Source: Trichodelitschia bisporula
Taxonomy: Eukaryota
Direction of reading: 5' to 3'
DNA: 29,180 bases
Assembly: GCA_010356995.1 (NCBI GenBank)
Contig: ML996699.1
Coordinates: forward strand, 124,001-153,180
In this document: in pieces, positions 15,293-26,051 of the stretch
How the letters are laid out: the number at the start of each line of letters is the position of its first letter
Numbering within the stretch: position 1 is the stretch's first letter
The notes under the pieces: generated by a model
Database searches by the model: none
What the model saw: only the letters and a program-made list of their open reading frames with translations
What the model was told of the DNA's origin: nothing
Made by a program: the position numbers and the translations under genes

Positions 15293-16896
15293 ATGCCCGG
15301 ACGGCTCCTGGCGTTGGTCACGGGCACCAGCCGAACCGGCAGCAGCGCGTCATCGACCAACAAGGACAAGGTCGATGCACATGGCCCCATCTCCAAGCTA
15401 CAAAATGTCATCTCAAAGAGCGCCAGTGCCCGTGGATGGTCGCCCAAAGACGACGATTCTTTTACCATGGATCATATCAAGCGCCACAATTTAGGCTCAA
15501 TTCTGCACATCGACAGCAAGAAGAGCGCCAGTCCTACACTCAGTGCAAATCGCCCTGCGAAGCTGAATATTGTTGTAGAGTCGCCGCCATTGGTGAGTGA
15601 TTTTCTTTTAGCTTTCTCTGCTCGTCATGCTGACATTTGCAGGTGTCCTTCAACCCCCCTGAACAATCCTCTGGAGCCCTCTTCTCCGCACAGGTTCAAG
15701 TGACAGTCACGCATCCCAATGTCGAAATCACCTCCTTCGAGCTGCAACTCGTCCAAGTCACCACGATCAAGAAACCCGTGCACGTGCACTGCCCAGACTG
15801 CAGCACAAAAACCACCGAACTGAAAAAATGGACCTTTGCAAGCGAATCCGAGCCTCTGCGCCTGGCCCGCGGCGAGCACCCCTTCCCCTTCAGCTACCTC
15901 TTCCCGGGGAACCTCCCCGCATCCACCCAAGCCGGCCTCGCAACCCTCGGCTACGTCCTCCTCGCAACCGCCAAAACCACCACCGGCGAAATCCTCACCT
16001 ACTCGCGTCCCGTGCAGCTCTCCCGCGCCGTCATTCCGGGACCAGAGAAGCACTCCGTGCGCGTCTTCCCGCCCACCAACCTCACCGCCAGCGTCACCAT
16101 GGCGCCCGTCGTGCACCTCTTCGGTGACATCCCGATTAGCATGCGGCTCAGCGGCATCTCCACGCGGAGCACACACCACACGCTCTACTGGCGCCTGCGC
16201 AAGCTAAGCTGGCGCATCGAAGAGCACCAGAAGATGACATCACCTGCCTGCCCGAAACACGCGCCTAAACTGGGCGCCAAGAGTCTGGTGCACGACGACG
16301 TGCGCACCGTCGGCGAGCGCGAAGTCAAGTTCGACAAGAACCCGTGGAAGAGCGACTTCGCCGCCGGCGAGATCGACGCCGAATTCGTCGCCGCGCTGAA
16401 TCCGGCCAAGAAGCCTGTCTGCGACGTCGATGCTCCGAACGGGCTCTCCGTGAGCCACAACCTGGTCATCGAGATGGTGGTAGCGGAGGAGTGCTCCTCG
16501 GTCCGCCGGCCCGGCCCACCGGTAGCCACGGGCGGTGCACGCATCCTGCGCATGCAGTTCCGCGTCATCGTCACCGAGCGTGCCGGGCTGGGCGTGAGCT
16601 GGGACGAGGAGACGCCCCCGACGTACCAGGATGTGCCCGAGAGCCCGCCGAGCTACAACACGGGCCATGCGATTGAGTACGATATCGCGGAGCTGGACGG
16701 CCATGTTGAGGACTTCCATCTCGGGGAGCCGATTGCGGGGGCTGCGCTGCCGCGGTATGTGCGCGAGGCGAGCGATAGTGGGTCGGCGAGGTCGGCGTCG
16801 AGCGCGAGTGCGGAGCGACCCGTTATACGCCTTGAAGTGGAGGATTTGATGCTCGGGCCGGAGGGGCCGGGGAGGGATGAGGCGGTGGAGGGATGA
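15293..16896 (+). CDS. LDB19: Arrestin-related Rsp5 adaptor, Ldb19/Art1 family (about 517 aa, 2 exons)
   Basis: Exons 15293-15592 and 15643-16896, 50-nt intron GTGAGT..GCTGAC..CAG. VESPPL|VSFNPPEQSSGALFS, HCPDC, FPFSYLFPGNLPAS, RVFPPTNL, WRLRKLSWRIEE, GGARILRMQF, GLGVSWDEETPPTY and PPSY (two PPxY motifs). An upstream in-frame ATG at 15164 is an alternative start. Confidence 0.9.
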
Positions 16897-17372
16897 GTTC
16901 GATGTGGGCCTTTCGTTTTCTGATCATCTTCGAGAGCATCTTCGAAAGCGTGGCGTTTTGGAATGGATCCGGGATTCGGGATACCATGGCTGGATTTGGC
17001 GTTGGTTTTTTTTCGTCGCCCGTGGAGGGTGATGGGCGTTTATGAGCGCGGCTGCGTGGTATAGCGGCTTTTTAGATCTGCCTGATGCGCACTGCGATGT
17101 ACAGTAGGAAAAGGCGCTGGGCCATGTCAAACAGAGCTTGAATTTACCTACCGACAAGTGGAGGCCTGGAGCACTCCGTGCTCGGGAGTGGGGTCTCGCT
17201 CTTCACCTCGGTCAATGAATCACCTTACCAAAGCGACTGTGCATCCTTGAAGTTGTGTTGAACTGTGTCCCATTCAAAGGCCATTGCTATACAGCTCTCT
17301 CTACAACTTAGCACATCGGGAAAGGTTGGCGCAGTGGATGGTAAAGTTCGCAGTAATCTCGTGACTTCGAGC

Positions 17373-18637
17373 CTACGATGAATATTGGACTTCGAGACCG
17401 AGTCCTCGGAAGATTTGCTCACGCCTCTTCAGATCAAGGCTCGTGCCCACAGAAAACAGCAGATCCTTGAATCTCCCCTCCCAGAGGAGACCGATCTTCC
17501 AGTCCTGGTTCACCCGCACCTTGAGCACGCCCGTAACATCGTCATCGTTCGTGGAGGCTTTGGCTCCGGAAACGGTATCCAAGCCCGCAGCTGACACGGC
17601 CCGGTCCACGGTTTCCCACCCCTCCCGAATCATCTTTTTCGCCCACTCCTCACTCTTGATCTCGCGGTTCCTCCTTAACCGCCACAGCTCGCAGCCCACA
17701 AGCACACCGCTCTCATAACTGTAAAAGTTGAAGTCGAACCGCGAGCAGAGCGCCAGGTTTCCACCAGCTTTGACTGCGTACGTACTGCTCAAGTTCCCCA
17801 TGAGCGGATTGAGCGTTAGCGTCATGGTATAAGGGAAACTGGCATGGGACGGGAGCGTCGTGAAACGGATTCCCGTCGAAATTCCCCCAGACTTGTTCAA
17901 TACGCCATAATACGCCTCCGCGCCAGCCGAAAATATGGCCGGGAGTGGGGGTTGGCTGGCCGCGGCGGCGTCTCGCGGATCTGGCCCAAAGTTGTACAGC
18001 CCCCGAACGCCGAGAAGCGCACTGTCGGAGCTATACAGATACTCGGTGCTGTACTTGCCGTAGTCGTTCTGGAAAAGGGCGAGGATGGTCCCGCCGTTGG
18101 GCAGCGCTGCATCGCTGACGGCCGAGACTTTCAACAGCCGAGTGGGTGTCAGGCGCTTCATGTACAGCACCTCGAGCGCGTTCTGCGGCAAAAAGAGCCG
18201 CCCGTAGAGCAGAGTGTCCCTTGTATCAACCCGCTTGCCGCGATGCCATGTCTCCCTCCACCATGGCGGATCCGGAGCACGGAGTGGGAGGATCTGGCGG
18301 TAGCCACGTACTACGCTGTGCAAGTCTAGCTTGGAAGACTTGGATGGTACTAGGAGCGGAAGGGATGAGTAGAGGTAGGAGAAAGAGCCGTCCACGAGGC
18401 CGACATTGTTTAGCGAGTAGGACGTGGCAAGGTTGGGAGTCGGGAGCGACGATATGTGGAGGTGGAGCCCTCGAGGAGTCTGAAAGTCAAGGAGTGCTGG
18501 GTCTATCAGCACAGTTTCACACCGGAAGGTTTTAGCGCACCTTGAGCAGTAGCTGTTAGTGTCGAGTACGAGTTGTCACGGTTCCAGTGAGAGGCAGAGT
18601 AGAAGGCATTTTGGATGTAATCCATAAATGTGAACAT
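17373..18637 (-). CDS. MDM10: Mitochondrial distribution and morphology protein 10 (ERMES/SAM beta-barrel; about 406 aa, 2 exons)
   Basis: Exon 1 18637-18541 ([32 protein letters not shown]), 44-nt intron 18540-18497, exon 2 18496-17373 ([61 protein letters not shown]). Confidence 0.95.
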
Positions 18638-18976
18638 GGTTGAAGCTTGAGAACATGTCGCGGGATGTGAACGAGTGTGCTTGTCTTCCTGTGCTGAGCG
18701 AGCAGCAAGAGGCCTTCAAGACACTACCTCCAGAACTTCGCTGCCTTGGTCTGATGTCGTAACTTGCAGTCTGAGAGCTTCGCGCCGCGGTCGCCGGCGC
18801 GGACACTAAACGCGGCAAGACCTTCCGCTTGGCGGGATTGATCGCGAAAAACTGCCTCGCGCGCAAATTTTGGATCTCACAGCAGCGCTCCCCTCCAAAA
18901 ACTTCCCGCGAAATTCGCTTCCACTGCACACCATCCACCCCTCACAAAAGTCCATTCTCCGTATCACTTTTCCAAA

Positions 18977-19721
18977 ATGCCTAAGTCCAAGCGTGCTAAG
19001 GTTGTCCACCTCTCCAAGACGGACAAGAAGGGCAAGGAATTGTCGGAGAGGCTTTTCGCCAAAGTACAATCCTGCGCCAACGAGTACCCGTACATTTTCG
19101 TCTTCTCGGTTGACAATATGCGCAACAACTACCTGAAGGCGGTGCGCAGTGAGTTCTCTGACGGCCGGTATGTTGTTCCACGTTGCTTCGAACCTCTTGA
19201 GTCTCGTTAACTCGCGCAGCTTGTGCTTTGGCAAGACCAAAGTCATGGCAAAGGCCCTTGGAGCGACCGAAGAGTCGGAACATCTGCCAGGCCTGTCAAA
19301 ACTCGCACCTTACATGAAGGGTGACGTGGGCCTGCTCTTCACGAGCCGCGAGCCCGCCGCGGTGCTCGAGTACTTTGAGAACTTCGCCCAGACCGACTTT
19401 GCTCGCGCTGGCGTGCAAGCGACGCACACCTTCACCATCCCCGCCGGTCCGGTCTACTCGCGTGGAGGAGAGATCCCGGCTGAGGAGGATGTCCTCTTGC
19501 CGCACAGCGTGGAGGTCACTCTGCGCAAGTGGGGGATGCCGACCCGGCTGGACAAGGGCAAGATCATGCTGGAGTCAGAGTATACGGTGTGCCGCGAGGG
19601 CGAGACCCTAAACAGCCACCAGACGGCGCTGCTGAAGTCTTTTGGCGTCGCCATGGCGGAGTTCAAAATCAATGTGCATGCGTACTGGTCAGCGAGCAGC
19701 AACGAGGTCACTGTTGTTTAG
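18977..19721 (+). CDS. MRT4: Ribosome assembly factor Mrt4 (uL10/P0 paralogue; about 230 aa, 2 exons)
   Basis: Exons 18977-19167 and 19220-19721, 52-nt intron GTATGT..TTAAC..CAG. MPKSKRAKVVHLSKTDKKG, NMRNNYLK, R|LCFGKTKVMAKALG, GDVGLLFT, DFARAG, LRKWGMPTRL. Confidence 0.95.
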
Positions 19722-20101
19722 GCGATTGGCTGTGAGTAACTGGAGGGCGGACGGAGTTGCGGCGCAGGATCTAGGCATTCACGACTTTGTACAGTCACGA
19801 CTGGGATGGGACGGGATCGCTTTCAGATTTTCGATATCAATCGCGGACAGACCGCAGCATTCCCTTCTACCTGCTTCACTCCTTCATGACCACTGTGACT
19901 GTGAAAGTGTCTACTGCTCGATGATATTCAGCCTTTGGCCCTCAACCTCAACCTCCATTCGTCCACAAAGACAAAGGCAGGGCCTGAGCCCAGTGCTTGA
20001 GGTATCCCAAAGAACTGGCAGCTGTAAGACTAACGCCTTGAACCGCTGTAAAGCGTGTCGATCGAAGAGGATAACCATCCCATTGTGCGCACAAAGGGGG
20101 A

Positions 20102-20692
20102 TCAAAGCTCCTCTTCCTCATCCTCTTCCGCAGCCTTAGCGACATGAGGCTCCACAGTGTCCGTTTGAAGAGACAGTCCAGCCAAATCGTCGAGCCTAAG
20201 GACGACTTCGGGAGGGGCGATGGCCTTTTCCACCAATGCGTCCAAGGCTTCGTAATGGGCCACTTCGACAGGCGTTGCATCGGGCTTGGGCGCAAGCTTC
20301 TTATTCAGATCTTCCCAGTCCTTGCTTCGGCCCTTGACAGTCTTGAACCTCCCTATGCTTTTCTGAACTTTTGCCACAAGCTGCTCGTTGACGATATCCG
20401 CACGCTCCATAAGCTTCTGCTGGCGCACCTTTTGCTGCCGTTTCAGCGCTTTGGCTTTCTTCTTCTTGATGCCAGAGTCATTGTTAAACACTGGTGCACG
20501 TGGCTTCGATGACGGAGGGGTCACCGTCTTCAGCGACTTGTCGGTGTTGAGAGACGGGGATTCTGCACGGCGGGCAGCGCGAGAATGCACAGAAGGTGGA
20601 GCAGGCCCTATGAGGTGAATTTAGCAGCAGCAAGCAAACTGCAAGGCAAACAAACCCTTCTTCTTAGAATTTGACTTCATCGCCTTGGCCAT
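20102..20692 (-). CDS. ALB1: Pre-60S shuttling factor Alb1-like protein (about 180 aa, 2 exons)
   Basis: Exon 1 20692-20656 (MAKAMKSNSKKK), 48-nt intron 20655-20608 (GTTTGT..TAG), exon 2 20607-20102. SVHSRAARRAESPSLNTDKSL, MERADIVNEQLVAKVQKS, VKGRSKDWEDLN match the Alb1 pattern. Confidence 0.82.
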
Positions 20693-21112
20693 GACGAGGT
20701 GTTGTGTGTGTGCAGATCTCCCTCAGCGGTTGCGCTGGGTCGCGAACGAAATTCGAGATGGACGTGGGGAGTGTGAAGTGTGCTAGCCAATCGCCTTCAA
20801 AAGCTGCGGCGGGCGGCGGGCGGCGGCGTGAAAAGCGGAGGAGCGCACAGGCCACGATGGGTGGCTTGGTGCGGCTTGCCATCGCCTCGCGTCGTGGCGC
20901 ATTGGCTACCACGACCTCAGATCTGAACCTCGACACCATCACTCTCCTTATTCACACTTCTTGGCCTTGCTTCCACCGCCTTCTCCACCGGCCGCAAGCT
21001 TTCCTGGAGCCACTACCTTACAGCCTTTGTCTTACCGCCGCCATATATCAATGACACGCGCCTCCCACTTGCTGTTGTCGACGCGCGGAATCGCATTCTG
21101 CCAAGATATACA

Positions 21113-22678
21113 ATGGAGCCATACAGTCCAAGCTCGCTCCTATTGTCCTCTGCGGAGGACGATAGTGACTGGGAGTCATTCAAGTCCTCTTCGCTAGGGC
21201 TCGTGCTCATGACGCTTTTCTATACCACTCTTCTCACAATATACTGGAACATGAGTTCACAAACATCACTACCAAAACAAGTCCTCTCACAAACCATGGA
21301 AGTCCTCTCACAAACTATGAATCTTCTCTCAAAAACTATGAATCTCCTCTGCATAAAGCTACCGAATCCTCTCATCCAAACTCTCGTCGACATCGCTGCA
21401 ATGACTCGCCGTTTGACCTACATGGCCGCCAACGCCACCAACCGTCGCGCTCCCGCTCACCATCCGCCTGGCCTGGGCAACTCGGACAACTCCTGCTACC
21501 AGAATTCCATCATCCAGGCATTGGCGTCCCTCAATATTCTCCCACAGCATCTACCCTGTGTTTTCGCCAGTGCTGCCTCCGTCCCTACCAGCTGGGCCCT
21601 CCTGGAGACCCTGCAGATCCTCAGGGGTTACCACGGACAGGGGCTCTGGCTCCCCAATGAGCTCAAGTCCATGAACACCTTTGAGCAGCAAGACGCACAA
21701 GAGTATTACTCCAAGATCATCGACCAGCTCCACCAGGAGGCTGTGTCCGTGGCTAAGGAGTGGTCGATGACCTTCGAGGTCAGGACGATTATGGACCACA
21801 GGGGCTGCCTCAAATACACTCCGGATCTGTCGCTCGCGCTCCGCAATCCTCTGGAGGGCCTCATGGCCACTCGTGTCTGCTGCGTCGGCTGTGGTCAGTC
21901 CGACGGCCTGAACATGCAACCCTTCAATGCGATCACGGTCAACCTTGGCGACAGGAACGCATATGACATTAGCGATTGCCTCGATAATTTCACCAAGGTC
22001 GATAGTATCGATGACGTCGAGTGCAGCAGATGCACTCTTGAGGTCGCTCTCACGAAACTGTGGCGCGAGAGGGCCCGCCAAGTTCCTCGCTCTCCCTCCA
22101 ACCAGCTGGTGCGGCGCATTGCCACTATCGAATATGCGCTTCGCAATGACGATTTCTCCGAGGAAGCCATGACGGCCTGTAAAATCTCTAAGGCGGAGCG
22201 TATTCGCCAGCCCAAGACCCGGCAAGAGGTTGTTGCTCGGCCCCCCAAGTGTCTCGCCCTGCATATCAACCGCAGCACCTTCGACTATCACAGCGGGACC
22301 ATGAAGAAGAACACTGCGCAAGTGGAGTTCCCGGATGAGCTGGACCTGGGCCCGTGGTCACTTCCGAGTGCCCAGCACGTGGATGGCAGCGACATGATCG
22401 GGGGCTGGTCCATGGTGCCCAACCAGTCCATGCTCGGCAATTATGACACTTCGTACAAATATGCGCTTCGCGCCGTCGTCTCCCACCACGGAGGCCACCA
22501 GAGCGGTCACTACACCGTTTACCGTCAGCACACAGACCCCTGGGGGAAGATGAATTGGTTCTATATTAGCGACAGGTATGTGCAACAGGTCACCGAAGCC
22601 TACGTGCACGGGAACAATGAAGCCTTCATGCTCTTCTACGAGCGGATCGGTGAGCCCTTTATGGTCGAATCCCCATAA
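21113..22678 (+). CDS. Ubiquitin-specific protease (peptidase C19), USP30/Ubp16/Ubp1-like with N-terminal hydrophobic segment (521 aa)
   Basis: Intronless ORF. Cys box GLGNSDNSCYQNSIIQALAS, QQDAQEY, CxxC pairs CVGC and CSRC, LALHINRS, His box YALRAVVSHHGGHQSGHY, WFYISD, AFMLFYER; hydrophobic LGLVLMTLFYTTLLTIYW near the N-terminus. Confidence 0.9.
   Translation: MEPYSPSSLLLSSAEDDSDWESFKSSSLGLVLMTLFYTTLLTIYWNMSSQTSLPKQVLSQTMEVLSQTMNLLSKTMNLLCIKLPNPLIQTLVDIAAMTRRLTYMAANATNRRAPAHHPPGLGNSDNSCYQNSIIQALASLNILPQHLPCVFASAASVPTSWALLETLQILRGYHGQGLWLPNELKSMNTFEQQDAQEYYSKIIDQLHQEAVSVAKEWSMTFEVRTIMDHRGCLKYTPDLSLALRNPLEGLMATRVCCVGCGQSDGLNMQPFNAITVNLGDRNAYDISDCLDNFTKVDSIDDVECSRCTLEVALTKLWRERARQVPRSPSNQLVRRIATIEYALRNDDFSEEAMTACKISKAERIRQPKTRQEVVARPPKCLALHINRSTFDYHSGTMKKNTAQVEFPDELDLGPWSLPSAQHVDGSDMIGGWSMVPNQSMLGNYDTSYKYALRAVVSHHGGHQSGHYTVYRQHTDPWGKMNWFYISDRYVQQVTEAYVHGNNEAFMLFYERIGEPFMVESP
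21279..21350 (+). repeat. 21-bp tandem repeat (about 3.4 copies) inside the USP coding region
   Basis: aagtcctctcacaaaccatgg / aagtcctctcacaaactatga / atcttctctcaaaaactatga / atctcctct, encoding QVLSQTMEVLSQTMNLLSKTMNLL. Confidence 0.9.
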
Positions 22679-23708
22679 ATCGAGATGAGCGAGCCAGAGG
22701 AAACCTTCTTTGCCCCTGAACCCCTCTCCTAGTCGCCCTCATCGGCAACGCCGCCGATATTGCTCTGACTCCATCTCCCGAGAACGCGCCTCAGGAATTG
22801 AGCGGCAACGAGTGCGGGAGCATCCACGAATTCGTCCTCGACCAGCCTGTCTCCCCCAAAATTTCCGATGAAGCGTTAAGGCCTCTCGCCGCCAATCGCC
22901 TCGCCGCTCGCCCTACCACATCCCTCCGCGCAAAGCTGAGCACAGCCGCGACGAAGAGGGCGCTTCGCACCGGTGTCCTTCCCCCGCCGCTCCTCGCCTC
23001 CGCGCACGCCAACTCGGGCTGCGGATGACAAGACCGGACACCGTGAAGACAAGGGGGTTGTCCCCCCACATTCAACGACTTTTCCGCAAGAAGACTTCTT
23101 GTCGAGCCAAGAAGTCACGCAGCTCGACACCTCTGCGGTCTCCCAATACTGGGGGGCTCAGAACCTATTCACCTGTATATTATACCATCTGGCACTGGAA
23201 GCATTGCTGGGCGTTGGTTAACGCATACATGAGGAAGCGCTGGATTTATGATACCAAGAGCGCGTATGGGCACTGGTGCCCTTGTATTTTATAATTTGAG
23301 TGTGCCGGCTGCAGAGCTGGCAATGTGTACCACTGTAACATGTTGCAAACTATTGAGTTCGTGATGTCCTGAAGTCCTACCTAAGCAGTAAACGATAGGT
23401 GCATGTCTAAATTCAATCTTTGTATACGAGTAGATGATGAGACAACCTAGCTAGTTCGTACAAGTATCTTGCGTTCTTACGAGTTAGTGTCTTTTCATGA
23501 AGCTGATGTGTGGGCCACTTTTGTGTGTTCATGTCCCCATCTGTGATCTGACGTTGATGCCAGCTCGGGCCGGTCTTGGCACCTCGCCTGGTTTGCCGTT
23601 TTGGCACTAGCGCCAACCCGCCCACTGCTGCCCGCTGTCGCAAAATCCCTCCCACGCACCTCCCTCGAACATTTCGACAACTAACCTGCAGCACCACCTA
23701 CCGTCAAA

Positions 23709-24256
23709 ATGGTCGCCGCAAAGAAGCATGTTCCTATTGTGAAGAAGCGTACGCCTGCTCACCCTCGCTGCGAATTAGACTCCGGATGGCGCTGACAGCT
23801 CGTAAACAGACAAGGCCCGCTTCAACCGGCATCAGTCCGACCGCTTCAAATGCGTCGACCCCAGCTGGCGGAAACCGAAGGGTATTGACAACCGCGTTCG
23901 TCGGCGGTTCAAGGGCCAGGCTGCTATGCCCAAGGTATGACAATTTGGGAGGAGCGACGGCCAGCGCTGACAGCACCAGATCGGATACGGCTCCAACCGC
24001 AAGACCCGCCACTTGACTCCCTCCGGCCACAAGGCTTTCCTCGTCAACAACGTCAACGATGTCGACTTGCTGCTGATGCACAACCGCACCTACGCGGCCG
24101 AGTATGTCCTGGTACACACTTCACCTGACGGCCACTAACAGACACAGGATCGCTCATGCCGTGTCCGCGCGGAAGCGCATCGACATCATCACCCGGGCGA
24201 AGCAGCTGGGTGTCAAGGTCACGAACGGCAAGGCGAAGGTCACGACGGAGTCTTAG
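23709..24256 (+). CDS. RPL32: 60S ribosomal protein eL32 (131 aa, 4 exons)
   Basis: Exons 23709-23748, 23810-23934, 23980-24101, 24148-24256 (396 nt). [66 protein letters not shown]...[27 protein letters not shown]. Confidence 0.97.
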
Positions 24257-26051
24257 GCGGAATGTTGAACTGGGTTGTTGGGTCATGGGTCGGCGTCTGC
24301 TTTCCTCGAAACAGGTTATGAACTGCGTTATGGCCATAGCCGTGGGCGGCGTACATGCTAGGCAATTTAGGGCGGGTTAGAGCCACTGATGGTAGTCGCT
24401 TCGAGATACCCAGTCCTCCCACCCCGGCAAATCCATAAGGCGTTCAAGTTCAACCTCCATGTGCATGTGGTGATGTTATCATGGTTAATGGCATGTGAAT
24501 CGTAGCAACGGTGGCTTCGAACTTCCCATCAGCATGCAAGATGGTGACATCGCTCTCAGTCAAGTTTTCAATGAACTATTTTTATGCCAAGAACGGCTAT
24601 CATGGGGCTTATTGATGAAATTCATGTTGGTAACACTTTGGCTGCCAGAGATGGGTGGGTGTCCAGCCGCTGCAAGATGCATGAGTGGGCAAGCCACGGC
24701 GAGCCTCCGCACGCAGCCGGCGACCAACCGGGACGGCGGACATTGCTTCCGAATATTCTTCGAACTCAACGTCAGGCTTAGGCTCGAAGGAACAAGATGC
24801 TGTCAACGCTCATAAGCACCCCCCTTTCGCCAGATTCAATCCTTTTGATCTATTAGATTCGTATTCTTCCCGCTGACTGGGCACGTCTTCTGTTAACCCC
24901 CACGTTCTAGCCCCCTCGACTTGCCTGTCCTTGGATTCGACGGATTAAGTCTTGATGCCATGTGGAAGCTGAGCAATCTGGGGCAGCGGACCAAGGAGCA
25001 CATGCAACTAAAACGGGTACAACCGCATTGCATGGGTGGCACACATCAACTGCTGTGATAGATGAACGAGCGGTATCTACCCTGAGTACTCTGAGCACAT
25101 TGTAGCAACGTATCCAGCCTATCTACCAACCACAGTAGCTCCATGCACTTCGGAAAGTCCCTCTCTTGGCCCGCAGCAGGAAGGACCGCGCTGGTGGAAC
25201 TCCCGAGCCCTCAACCGCACACCCCAACAGCACATGCTCCCACACCGACTGATCGTCCCGCACTGCGGCGATTCACAGGATTTCGCCTCTTCGGCTATTA
25301 CCGCGAGGCCAGTCACTTTGCGATAATGTCCACGTTGGTGTGCTGATAGGCTGGCGGCAATCCGATCCTCCAAAAGTAGACACCATGGCCAGTCTGGACA
25401 GCTGGCTTGTCCGACTTGCTTGATATTGCGGACGGTTCTGCTGAGTTTCGCTGAGCACACGACGTCTTGCCCTTGTCTCCTACGCCCTTTTTTGCGATGC
25501 TTTGTGATAGCGTAGTTTCGATTATGGCGACACCTTCTGCTTTGCTCATGGCTTCCCCACAATGCACGCCTTGCTGACGTATCAACGAGTATACCAAAGG
25601 GGTTCAACAGCGTCCAAGCGTTCTTTTTTGGTTCTTGCGCTCGTCTTTCCATTGGGTCGTTGACGCCATCGTGTGGTCCCCTGGAGCCGCCATCAGCCTT
25701 ATGATCAGCCCTACGGCGTGGTGGCCTGGTTGTGTGCTCAGCCCTATGGGATATCCTTCTGGAAGCGTAACGGTCGCGTAACCATCGATCGCATCGGGTC
25801 CTCCACCGGACAAGACACCAAGATATAAACACAGGGCACCTCCGACCTATCCTCCAGCCAAGCACTCCACTTTCCACCACGAGCATTTCCTCCAGCATCT
25901 CCTATACATCCATTGCTTTTCTCTATCGCTCCTACAACACTTCCTCTAGCGCTTCCCCAACAGCGCTTTTCCCGGCACTTTCTCCAGCACATCCCGTATA
26001 CTCCTCCAGCATCTTTAGCATAATACCCTCACCGCTCCCAAAGCCACCAAA

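Noticed and set aside
23681..23691. CTAAC...CTGCAG as a possible 5' UTR intron acceptor of RPL32
   Set aside because: No consensus donor within the 40-60 nt typical of this window.
25119..25898. 259-codon minus-strand ORF
   Set aside because: No motif, weak codon bias, and its start runs through the low-complexity leader of the 26052 gene.
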